NCBI GenBank assembly: GCA_951406725.2
Contig: OX597817.1
Span: forward strand, 63,302,001-63,366,000
DNA length: 64,000 nt
Source: Octopus vulgaris
Lineage: Eukaryota
Direction of reading: 5' to 3'
Shown: positions 41,208 through 54,638 of the stretch, piece by piece
Layout of the letters: each line of letters begins with the position of its first letter
Position numbering within the stretch: position 1 is the stretch's first letter
The notes under the pieces: generated by a model
Seen by the model: only the letters and a program-made list of their open reading frames with translations
The model's database searches: none
What the model was told of the DNA's origin: nothing
Program-made: the position numbers and the translations under genes

Positions 41208-44200
41208 TTGTGTGTTTGTTCCCTCACCACTGCTTAACAACTGGTGTTGGGGTGTTTACGTCTGTAATGTAGTTGTTTGGCAAAAGAGACTGATAGAATA
41301 AGTACCAGGCTTTAAAAAAAAAAAATACTGGTGTTGATACATTCAACTAAAAATTCTTTAATGCGATGCCCAAGCCTAAAGGCAGCCTCATGACTGAAAC
41401 AAGTAAAAGATAGATAATAAATCAAAATTACGGAGATGTACTCGCATAGCAAGTAATTTGATCTGAGATCGTGTGCTGAAACGAAAACAATTGCAGCGTG
41501 GAAGGTGTTTGTAAGCCATTTAAGAAACACACAAAAGCCGTTCGATTCACTTCAACATATAAGTTTAATTTGTCAAAATATTTTCGTCGCTTTAAGACCG
41601 CGACCTGTTCACTGACAAAAATCCGTGATGCAGCACGGATTTTTGTCAGTGAACAGGTCGCGGATTTTAGCGACGAAAATATTTTGACAAATTAAACTTA
41701 TATGTTGAAGTGAATCGAACGGCTTTTGTGTGTTTCTTAAATGGCTTACAAACACCATCCACGCTGCAATTGTAATAAATCAAAACCTTCCATTAAAATT
41801 TCATGTTAGCTTATGTTCTAAACACCGGCTTAATAGCGACAAAGTTTTTATGCTAAACTCTTCATTATTTTCAAAATTAACTAAAACAAAGGTAAAATAT
41901 TTCAGCAGAAATATGGCAAGAAAGGATTTAAAGGGCCAAGGTTGGGGTTGCAGGAATGGTACATTGCTAAACTAACCAAGTTCAAATTTAACCAGGAACA
42001 GTCTATTTTATGCTTGAGTACCTATGAGAGATCTATAAATAAGAAGTAGGTGAGGGGTGGTGACAGGAAGGGCATCTGATCATAGAAAATCATTAGCATA
42101 ACACCAATGGAAGAAATTATTATTACATTATGTTTATCTGGGTTAAGACAGATATATTGCAGAGGGAGTGATTCAAAGTGAAGCTTAATGATGGGAGTAA
42201 GTATTGCTTAGTAATAGAAGGGTGAGTAGATATATCTGGGAGGGCGTGTTTCAGAGGAAGGCTTTGTGATAGAAGGGTAAGTGGATATATCTGGGAAGGT
42301 GTGTTTCAATGGAAGGTTTTGTGATAGAAGGGTAAGCAGATGTATCTAGGAAGGCGTGTTTCAGAGGAAGGCTTTGTGATAGAAAGGTAAGCAGATATAT
42401 CTAGGAAGGTGTTTCAGAGGAAGGCTTCATGACAGAAGGGTAAGTAGATATATCTGGGAAGGTGTGTTTCAAAATAAGACTGTAAGACTTTGTGCTAGAA
42501 GGGTAGGATAAATATATATGACAGGGTGTTTTTCAAAGTAAAGCTTAGTGATGGAAGTAAAAAACCCCAATTAGTTGATGGGCCAATTAATTGAACATTT
42601 GTTAATGACATTCCAGAAAATTTATCACACCTGCTGTGTTGCTGGGTTCAGTTTTGTACTTTTTGTGTGATATATGGTGTTTTTTAATGTATTTAGAACA
42701 GTGAGTTACTGAGTTTTGGAAAAGTAAACTTGTTGATTTCGTTGTAATTTGCAAACAACTGCTGCCAGAAAATTGAGTAAGCTATAGTGAAAAGAGCATA
42801 TCTAACTGTCAAACAGACATTTCAAAATTTCATGGAAATGTCAATAAATATTTATGGAATCTTTATTGTACAAGAGACTCAGGGTAAAATTTGTAAATTT
42901 GGTAAACAAGAATATCTGTGAAATATAAAAATCTTACTAAGATAATTTCTTTAAGATAGTGTATCTAAGAACAACTAAGTTCTAAGTTATACTATCGAAG
43001 ATATATTACAACTGTAAGAGCCAGTGTGTTTGTGTTTACTGGATATTTGACTCTCCTGAGATACAACAAAATATGTTTCAACATGAGTTTACATCAAGAT
43101 TCTAGCAAACCAAATACAAAGATGAAATAGTTTATTTTGTGTTGTTTCACGTGAATTATTTTAGACTTTTCTCTTAAATTAGTCCATTTCTTTACCCTTT
43201 TGTCTTTGATGAGCAGAGTGGTAAATGAGATTGTCAAATAAATAAGCACTAATTATAATTAGCACATCCAGCCTAAATTGGATATGTTGTTTAGAATGCC
43301 TTAAACTGTTGTATATGTCTATCTCAGGTTGATGCTACATGCTATGCAGCATTGTAAATAAAATGTCTAATTTAGGTTGAATGTACTGATTATTATTTGT
43401 TACAAATATTGCTCCTGTTGCTAATAGCTAATTTAAACACTTTCTGTTGTGTCTGGGGAGAGTCATTTTCTTTTTGTGCCTTATAATGTAACACACTCAC
43501 CGGTAAAATTTCCACTTATTTCTTATCTTTATTTTCCTAAAATTTTCATTGCGTCTTGCAACCTTTTCAATAGTCTGTTATTTATTTAGTGTATTACATT
43601 ATAAGGCACAAAAACAAAATGACTCTCCCCAGACACAACAGAATATGCTTCAACACACGAACTCATATAAAGAATCTTGCAAACCAAATCCAAAAACGAA
43701 ATTTAAACACTGTTTCTATTTTTTAAAACAGGTGGTGATAGTACAGCCAATTGTTTCTAATACTACCTCTGTCAGTGTGCCTTCCAATACAGTTGTGACA
43801 ACCTCACAACAACCACAACAGCCACAACAAACACTGCAACAACAACAGCAATTACAGCAACCACAGAAACAGAAGCCCACTGCAAAACCCAAACGTACAG
43901 GATCTCTTGCCCTTTTCTTTAGGAAGGTCAGTTTTTACCTTGTCTTCATTTGTACATCTGTTTGCTTTGTGTGTCTTTCTTCTTTAATCCTTTAGCATTT
44001 AATCCAGCCATATCTGGTCCAAATATTCTACCCATGTTATTATGTTCAGACACCATGATAGATCGTTAGCCACTACATATTTTTTTCTCTCCTTGTTTCT
44101 CTCCTTGTTTTTTCTGTGTCCCTTTCTGTAGAAGAGCGTAGGCTCGAAATGTAAAATACTTTTTCTATTCCTGAGTGTTATACTAATACATCTGTTTGTT

Positions 44201-47200
44201 TGTACACCACCTGCCTTCGTCTTTTGTTTTTTTTCGTAAACTCTCCCCTGATTATGATCAAACTGGCCATATTTGGTCTCATGCCTACTCTACACTGCCA
44301 TTCTAAAAATAAACAATCTCATCATTGAAATCTCAAATCTATGAGATAATACCTGATTAATTCAAAACAATGGGAATAAATAAGGATAACATTTGACAGA
44401 ATAATCTGAATACTAAAGGGTTAAATTACACCTGAAGCAGATTATAGTTTAATCTTATATGATAGTGCCAGTCCCATGGGAAAAAGCACCCAGTTCTCTC
44501 TGTAAATTTGGCAATGGATTAAATCTACTTTCCATGAATCCCCTCTTTTCCTATTTTATGAATCTTTCCATTTACCCCAGTGTTTTATAGGCACCTAGTT
44601 TATTTCTGTTAAGAATCTGTTTACATTGCATGGATTCTAGCTTTATCAACTATATTCAGGGATGAAAATCATTGTTTGGTAAAGCACCATTGATGCAGTT
44701 TGGACTATTTGCCTATAGAGAGAGAAAGAAACCCCTCTTCAGTCATGAATGACCATGGGATTGCACTTAGAAAATTCCGCTCCAAGGCACAAGGTCGTTT
44801 ATGGAAGATCAGCATAAGAGCTTCTTCTCTCCATGCCACTGATGTTATCCAAGGGAAATACAAAGGCTGATACAGATTGGTACTTGTAATGAACTCATTT
44901 CTACAGTTGAGTGAACTGGACATATTGTGAAATAAAATGTCTTGCTCAAGAACACAACATACAGTCTGGTCCGGGAATTGAACTCACTACCTCATGATTG
45001 TGAGCCTGCCACTCCAGCCACTGAGCCATGCGCCTGCCACTCCAGCCACTGAGCCATGCGCCTTTACTTAGTGGTAAAAATATTCAATAAAGTAGATTTG
45101 TAAGTAAAAACTACAAAAAAAGATTTGTGTAGTTGAAGCAAACTCAGGTTGGTTGCTTAGATTATGATGCAAGTTTCTATAATTTGAAATTGTCTTACAG
45201 AGCTAAAGTTTACAGCCCTGTCTTTTTTAGGTACAATACAGAAATTACCTCCACAGGGTGTAACAAAAAACAAAAAAAACTTCCACATTTTACAGGTTGA
45301 CAAATCGTTTCAACAGCAAATGCACTATGTGCATAGATCTGAACCACGATGATACCTGGGGTGGTGGGAAGAAAAATGGTAAAACATTAACTATATGAAG
45401 ATACTGTCACTATCTGCCTAACTTCATTAACTACTATACAATGAAACAAAAATAGGTGGGTTTTCAGCTGCACCCTGTAATTCTATCATATAATGTTTCA
45501 TTATATTTTATCACATATTGTACCGGTGTCCTGCTAAAAGCACTCAGCACACACACTATAAAGTGGTTGGTATTAGGAAGGGCATCCAGCTGTAGAAACT
45601 AAGCCAAATCAGACTGGATCCTGGTGCAGCTCTTCAGCTTGCCAGCTCCTGTCAGACTGTCCAACCCATCCCAGCATGGAAAACGGACATTAAAGGATGA
45701 TGATGATGATAACCCTATTGATTCTCACTGTGTTTTGTCATATTGCTTTCCATTGTGCTGTATGTCACATAGACTCTCATTCTACTTTGTCATGTAACTC
45801 CCCATTCTGCTTTACCATGAGCTATATAGCTTCCCATTGTATTTTGTCATACATCTTCCATTATTTAATATAATTTTCCCATTTCAAAAGCTCCCCATTA
45901 TATTTATACAGTGTCTCATTGTGCTTTATGCCATGTAATTTCTTGATATGTTTTCTGTCATGTAACTTATTGTTCATTATCATACAGCTTGCTTATTCTG
46001 TTTTAAGCTTGTATAAGCACTTTATTGTGTTTCAACACATATCTTCTTGTTTATTCTTAGGTATATCATCTTGCTGGTGTACGTCTAAGGGACCTTTGTG
46101 AAAAGTTAAAAGTGAATGAAGAAGAGCTACAAAGAAAAATGTGGACATGCCTTGAGCATTGTCTTGTAAATGAGATCAGTTTAATGAAGGATAGGCATTT
46201 GGATCAAATCATTATGTGTTCAATGTATGTCATTGCTAAGGTAAGGATTCCTTTACAATCTGAATAATTAATATTACTAGCAGTATAGCCCAGCGTTGCT
46301 CAGGCTTGTTTTCTTTTCAACCCTTTAGAATCGGAATTTTTGAAAAGTAAAGATTTTGCATCATGTAGCTTGTTATTCTCTTTAAGTGAACATTTTTCTG
46401 GTTGAAATACATCGAAAAATGGCGACACAGCAGTAAAAAAATCGTAAAAAATCGGGATTTTCATAGGAAAAAAAGCACCTTTTTGATGTAAATAATTTTT
46501 GGTGTTAACATGGTCCGATTTGAATTTTTTCTTCTACGGAAGGAAGAGCAAGCCTTCTTCTATCATACTCTCAATTTTGGTCAACTTGCGCCGCAGGGTC
46601 TCAGAGGAGATAGTTTTAGTTGAAGGCTACCAAACCTGCCATACACAGACAACTTCAGCTTTATATATATAGATTGCTGCTAGTTACACTTTGATGAGTG
46701 GTGGCTAATATGTCAGCTGTTTGCAAACATTGGACCTATTTTCTTGTGTTGGTTTTCAACTTGTTAAGCAGCAATGAAGGTTATAATTCAGAAAAAACTT
46801 ACTGTTAAGGCATACTGATTAGAAGCTTGTACTGTTATCTTGTGAGTTAGTGATAGGTCCTATATTTAGTTTAACACTTTTGTTAATGCTATTTCTGTTG
46901 AAATGCACAATGTTTCTTTTATTTACTTTTCACACACCATTTTAATTTGGCTTTGTTTTTCTGTTCTAGGTAGCGACAGATCCACCACAAACATTCCAGA
47001 ATATCATGAGATGTTATCGCCTCCAACCTCAAGCTCAATCTCATGTATGTGAAATCTTAGTTTTTCTTGATTTACTATAAAATTCATAGAGGTGGTGCAA
47101 GGGGTGCAGAAATAAATATCAGAAAGATATCAGTTAAAAATGTCCAATGATGCTATTCATGGCCCAGTAATGTGTTTTACACATGTATTGTCTATAAGGA

Positions 47201-50200
47201 GAATTTGTCTCCCAAATGTCTCAGCAGCAAAGGTCTTTCCACGTTTGTGTGTATACAAGTGTTTTAAATGGGGTACACATAGTTCTTATTTCAGTGGAAC
47301 AATAATTCTTCATCTCCTTCTTTTATTTTGGGAGATATGAATCACTTTGTGGTGAACAGCTGACAAGAAACAGTAACCAAAATCTCTTTTTTTAATTTTT
47401 TTTTTTTTACTTCCTGATGCTTAAAGAAAAGGGAAGTATGCATTAGAGAGTTTAATCTTAGATACACTGTTCTTGAAGAGAAAAAAAAAACAAGGTAGTC
47501 ATAATTGGAATGCCTTTGATCACATGTCTACTCAGTCAGGGCTGACCTGGGTTTAAACAACAGCAACAGTAAGTGTTGCATATCTATACCAGATTGTCTG
47601 GAAATGACTTGTGATGGACTGGCAGCCTATTCAGAAGTGTACATTGTCGTCTATCTGGACTCCTCTCTTCCTACCACCCGCCATGGCTATGCATACTTAA
47701 GCTAGTAAACTGCCTCATTCTTGATTCCGAATTCCTTTTGCCAAGTCTGTCCGTAAACGAAGTGATCTCAAGATAAGAAATCTTTGAACTTTAATTCATC
47801 CGTATCTCTATTTATTATTATTATTTATTAATTATTATTATTCTGATCCCCCTAGTCGCCACTCTGTTTACTATTTCAGCCTCGCCTCGTTTTTGCATAT
47901 TCTGTATAATTCACTAGTTATCGTTATAGATATTTAAGATCTATCTCCCTTATAGAAATTGGCTGCCGATTCTTCGCGGGGTTTTTTTCTCTTCCCTTCT
48001 CTCCCCCTCTTTTTACATTGTCGTCTGTCTGGACTCCTCTCTTCCTACCACCCGCCATGGCTATGCATACTTAAGCTAGTAAACTGCCTCATTCTTGATT
48101 CCGAATTCCTTTTGCCAAGTCTGTCCGTAAACGAAGTGATCTCAAGATAAGAAATCTTTGAACTTTAATTCATCCGTATCTCTATTTATTATTATTATTT
48201 ATTAATTATTATTATTCTGATCCCCCTAGTCGCCACTCTGTTTACTATTTCAGCCTCGCCTCGTTTTTACATATTCTGTATAATTCACTAGTTATCGTTA
48301 TAGATATTTAAGATCTATCTCCCTTATAGAAATTGGCTGCCGATTCTTCGCGGCGCGCCCGCCCTACCCACCCCCACCACCAATACCGGATATCTCTATT
48401 TTGCTCCAACTATACCGGATGTCGTTTTCTCCCACCACCATTATAGGTGTCTACTCTTTGAACCCCCTCTTCAATACGCTATTTCACCATGCATTACCCC
48501 TCTCTCGATATCCTACGTTCTACTTGCCTAGAACCTGTCCTCTGGACCACCCCTCCCACTGGTGCTCACCCCTCCCACTGGTGCTCCCCTATATTTCTGC
48601 ATCCCCCCACCACCATTATAGGTGTCTACTCTTTGAACCCCCTCTTCAATACGCTATTTCACCATGCATTACCCCTCTCTCGATATCCTACGTTCTACTT
48701 GCCTAGAACCTGTCCTCTGAACCACCCCTCCCACTGGTGCTCCCCTATATTTCTGCACCCCCCACCACCATTATAGGTGTCTACTCTTTGAACCCCCTCT
48801 TCAATACGCTATTCACCATGCATTACCCCTCTCTCGATATCCTACGTTCTACTTGCCTAGAACCTGTCCTCTGAACCACCCCTCCCACTGGTGCCCACCC
48901 CTCCCACTGGTGCTCCCCTATATTTCTGCACCCCCCACCACCATTATAGGTGTCTACTCTTTGAACCCCCCTCTTCAATACGCTATTTCACCATGCATTA
49001 CCCCTCTCTCGATATCCTACGTTCTACTTGCCTAGAACCTGTCCCCTGAACCACCCCTCCCACTGGTGCTCCCCTATATTTCTGCACCCCCCACCACCAT
49101 TATAGGTGTCTACTCTTTGAACCCCCTCTTCAATACGCTATTTCACCATGCATTACCCCTCTCTCGATATCCTACGTTCTACTTGACTAGTACCTGTCCT
49201 CTGAACCACCCCTCCCACTGGTGCTCCCCTATATTTCTGCACCCCCCCCATAAAAAGCACCATCCGAACGTGGCCGATGCCAGACCCCTCTGGCACCTGT
49301 GCAGGTGGCACGTAAAAAACACCCACTACACTCGCGGAGTGGTTGGCGTTAGGAAGGGCATCCAGCTGTAGAAACACTGCCAGACTAGACTGGAGCCTGG
49401 GGCAGTCCCGAGCTCCCCAGACCCCGGTCGAAACCGTCCAACCCGTGCTAGCGCAGAAAACGGACGTTAAACGATGATGATGATGATGATGATGATGATT
49501 TACCTAAAATATTGTCTTTACCATCAAACTAGACATGTATCGCAGTTCGTTGAGGCTGTCAAATGAATTCCCATAATTGCATAAATATCTCTACCTTGTT
49601 GTGCATAAAGGAGAAGATATATTATTATATTGCACATTTACTAATTTGTTACCCAATTTAATGAATGCAGACATGGCTGAATGATTTAATTAGTTTTCAT
49701 GGTTGATGCCAGTGTTTGACAGTGTGGGAAAGGGTTTTCTAGTATAGCAATGAGATGATTAAAATCTTGTGAATGTAACTGAATAAACTGTGAAAGCCTG
49801 TCAGATGGATCCTATTTGTAATCCAAATTGTCTGTCTGGTCACATAATGTCGTATTGCACTGAGTTTACCTGACAGTTACGAGTGTCTAGGTAATATTCA
49901 GCAAGTTACGCTAATATGTGAAAGTACATGGCTTAGTGGTTAATGTATGGGGCTTGTGATCATAAGTTGTAGGTTCGGTTCCTGGACAAAGCAGTGTATT
50001 GTGTATTTTGTTGCTTCACTCTCCTCAACCGAAATGAGTACCAACCAAGTGCTGGTGCAGTCCTCTCTCTTTCCAGTTGTGACATCCTGGATGTCTTACT
50101 GGGTCAAAGATGATAAGGCTGAGATTGTCTGTGATTGTTCATGACTAAATGGGCTCTTAACCCTTTCGTTACTGTACTTATTTTCAGATGCTTTGTATTT

Positions 50201-51205
50201 CTTTCAATTATTTTAAATATAACAAAGAATTTAGTAAAATAACTTAGTTATCATGAAGTTAGTGTTAGGAACATAAATTGTGACAAAGGTTTGGTGGAAG
50301 ATGTTAATTCAGAACTTTTGAAAACAAGACATTTGTACTACAGGGCCAGAGCCAGTTTCAGCTGGGTTGGTAACAAAAAGGGTTAAAGCAATTGCTAAAA
50401 ACATGGTATGCGTTATTTAGTCATATTTGCATGTCTTGCAAATAAAGGCTATGGTTTACCTTATGATACAATCAGTGAGTAATTTCTTGTTGTAAAAAGT
50501 ATTGGATCCATATAGCTTATTTCACAATCTATTATGCCATACTTTGTGACATACAAGTCAAATTTTGCAGATCAAAATTTACAGCCCAAAAAAAGGTACG
50601 TTGACCAATACACCAATATGACTTTCTCCATGTAATATGCAGCAAGATTTGGGGAAATAGAGACGGTGTTTGAATGTTTATACAGCATACTACTTTGACA
50701 TCTAGGCTGGAAAATATGGCAGATTTAATTTGTGGTGGTGGGGGGATATTCAATTTGATTTTTATTTATTTCTCTCCAATGGTTTTTTTCTTTTTGTTTT
50801 CTTCCATAAATTTTAAAGAAGTTTCAATTTTCCCCTTCATTTTCAGGTTTATAGAAATGTACTGCTTTCCTCTAGAAGACGACGAACATCAGGGAGTAGT
50901 GACAGCAGCAGGAATGGAACAAGTGGTTCTTCTTCACCTGTTACCATCGAAAGGGAAGATTCTAAGGAGAAGGACAAACGTAAGTGGTTCCAGCCATTTT
51001 CTCTGTTGTTACATAGATTTGACTTCCACATGTTACCAACATCTTTTATCTTTTTACTTGTTTCATTCATTGGACTGACCATGCTGGAGCACCACCTTGA
51101 AGGGTTTAGTTGAGCAAATCAACCCCAGTACTTAAAGTCTGGTACCTATTCTACCTGTCTATTTTGCTGAAGCTACTACCAGTTGTTAAGTGGTGGTAGC
51201 AGATG

Positions 51206-51243
<38 letters not shown>

Positions 51244-52089
51244 CTCTCTCTCTCTCGCTCACTTTTATATATTTTCCAATACATGGAGATGTTTATCAAG
51301 TTCTTTCAGATTTACTCATCTACTGATGTTCTTGTGTAACTGGGGTCTAGTGTGAGATGGAATCAATCAGATAAAGTTTATTTAGTCAAACTTGTTTAGC
51401 CCCAGGTAAGTCTTGATCAAGCAGACTTCTGTCTAAGGTCATTCCCAGATACAACCACCTTATCCTTTTTTAAGGAGGCTATCATAATACATTATTAAGT
51501 ATCTCCTTTCCTTCTCTTACATTGTAGGGTATGATCTGAGTGATATTTAGCTTCTTTTTCCATTAACATATAGATGGGTCTTTGTGGGTTTGTTCTAGCT
51601 AAGGTTTTTTTTTTCCATTTTGCAAACATGTTCTAAGTATATAATTGCCTACACAGACTATCACTAATGTTCTTGGTTTTTACTGTTTCACTTTATTTTT
51701 CTGTTTTGATGTTTGTTTCAGGAAGGACTGAAGCCTTGAGTATCCGGTCATCCAGCACATTACCGGTTCCACATCCCAACAGTCAGCCTCCTACTCCAAC
51801 CAAACTTATTGGAATGGGTTCTACGTTAGAAATGGGGGAAGAAAGAGGTGATCTCATCCAGTTCTATAACCAGGTTACTACTCTTTTACTCTTTTACTTG
51901 TTTTAGTCATTTGACTGTGGCCATGCTGGAGCACCGCCTTTAGTCAAGCAAATCGACCCCAGGACTTATTCTTTGTAAGCCTAGTACTTATTCTATCGGT
52001 CTCTTTTGTCGAACCGCTAAGTTACGGGTATGTAAACACACCAGCATCGGTTATCAAGCGATGTTGGAGGGACAAACACAGACACACAA

Positions 52090-52156
<67 letters not shown>

Positions 52157-54577
52157 TACATATATACAACGGGCTTCTTTCAGTTTCCGTTTACCAAACC
52201 AACTCACAAGGCTTTGGTTGGCCCGAGGCTATAGCAGAAGACACTTGCCCAAGGTGCCACACAGTGGGACTGAACCTGGAACCATGAGGTTGGTAAGCAA
52301 GCTACTTACCACACAGCCACTCCTGCGCTTATTCCACACAGCCACTCCTGCGCTTATGCCATACAGCCACTCATGTGCCTATTTAAAAAAAAAATTCTTT
52401 CTTGTTCCATGTCAGCAAAGATAGGTTGTTGGATGGTTGCAATACTGCGTATATGCTACCATTCTTCTTAGTTTTCTTTACTATATTTATGTTTCTCTAA
52501 CTCCATCCCCAGCTATTTCTACCCTCTTTTATATAATGTCAGTAGCCATGCAGCCCCTTTACAAACAGAAAGCTTTTGTTCTGGTCCCTTCTCTCATACT
52601 TTAACCCTTCATTCCATAGCATGAAGCCACTTCGCTCTCTACTCTAACCCAACACAGTGGAAGAAGATCTTAGTCTTGCAGGCTTCTTGGCAATCTCTTT
52701 AGTGCTGGTGCTACAAAAGAAAAAAGCATCCTGTATGCACTGTAATGTGGTTGGCATTAGGAAGAGCATCCAGCCATAGAAACCTTACCATAGCAGACAT
52801 TGGAGCATGATGTCATCTTTGGAACTGTTGGATCCTGTCAAACTGTCCCACTCATATCAGCAGCGAACATGGACATTAAATGATGATGATAATAATAATG
52901 TTACATATAATGTAGTTTGTTGGTAGAGAGAGATATTATTACTAATGTTATGTAAAAAGAAAGAGAACATAAGACTAAATTGACTTAATGTTTCTCTCTC
53001 TCTCTCCCTCCCTCCTGGAAGGAATCCTGTTGTCATTCATTCTTGTACCATTGAAAGAAGTACCAGTCATATCCTGAAGATCAGTTTCAGTTGACTTTGT
53101 CTGTCTCTATCTGTCCGTCTGTCTATCTACCTACCTACCTACCTACCTACCTACCTACCTACCTACCTATCTATCTATCTACCTACCTACCTACCCATGA
53201 AAGAAACAATAATTCTTTTCTATTATTTGATTCATTAAAGGCAGTAGATTGCCAGAGTGGCAGAATCATTAGAACATCAGCCTTGTGGTATCTGTTCTGG
53301 TTCTAGGTTCTGAGTTCTAATCTCATTAAGGACAACTCCACATTACATCCTTCTGGGACAGATATAAATAAGTAAAGTGCCAATCAAGTACTGGGGAATC
53401 ATCTAATTATTTTCCCCTCCTAAATCATTGACCTTGTGCCTATGTTAGACTTTATCTGATCTAGTTAAAGATTTTTTGTTATTGTTTTATTGCATAAAAT
53501 ATTGTTTTTCTCTTGATAATTGTAGGTATTTGTGAAGAGGATCAAGGAATTTGCTTTGAAATTTTCTGCTAATCAATCAAACGTAAGTATTCAAAATAAG
53601 TTTTCAACACCCCTCCGATACTGCATTTCATTACTTAGTTAACAGGCCTCAGAAGGGTTAATGTCTGTGTTTGAGAGGAGATGGTGGAGGAGGAGAGAGA
53701 AGATTTTTTATCATTTCCATATCAAGTCACTACATCTTTATAAATTTTGAAACTTGCAGCTCATATTATTTGTGGGTGACACAGAATGTTTGAATTTACA
53801 TGCATGCATACACACACATTATTGTATTTGGTGACTATGAATAATAGGAGAAAACGTTTTAATCCTTTAGCATTTAAACCAGCCATATCAAGCCCATATA
53901 TTTTACCTGTTTTATGTTCAAACCAGCCAGATTGAGCCTCTCACACCTACCATACAATGTCATTTTAAAAATATACAATCAATATCTTTGAAATCTCGAA
54001 GCTACTTGATAATGCATAATAAATTCAAACCAATTTAAATAAATAAGCATTATGCTTGACTGAGTTATCTGAATGCTAAAAGGTTAATTAGTTTGTTATT
54101 AGTTCTTTTGCATTAAAATTACATTTTAGTGGGTTTTTTCCCCACATTTCCATTACTTTTGAGATCATGTTTGTATTCCAAAATATCTGTGGATATTAAC
54201 ATACATCTGCCTTTACTCATCCTCATAGTTTTTTCTCTTGGTTAGAAGAAAGAATGTTTTGATGGCATCATTCTTGACTCTAGAGGCCTCTTGTAGCAAT
54301 ATGTTAACTGAAAAAAAAAAGAGAATTTGTGAGACTATGTAGGCAAGGTTCTATGGCTATGACTCCTTACTCTTTTACTTGTTTCAGTCATGTGACTGTG
54401 GCCATGCTGGAGCACTGCCTTTTAGTCGAGCAAATTGACCCCAGGACTTATTCTTTGTAAGCCTAGTACTTATTCTATTGGTCTTTTTTACTGAACCGCT
54501 AACTTATGGGGACGTAAACATACCAGCATGGGTTGTCAAGCGATGTTGGTGAGACAAACACAGACACACAAATATAT

Positions 54578-54638
<61 letters not shown>

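Noticed and set aside
48401-49371. Pro/His-rich repetitive ORFs
   Set aside because: Translations of the C-rich tandem array, broken by frameshifts between units and lacking splice support.
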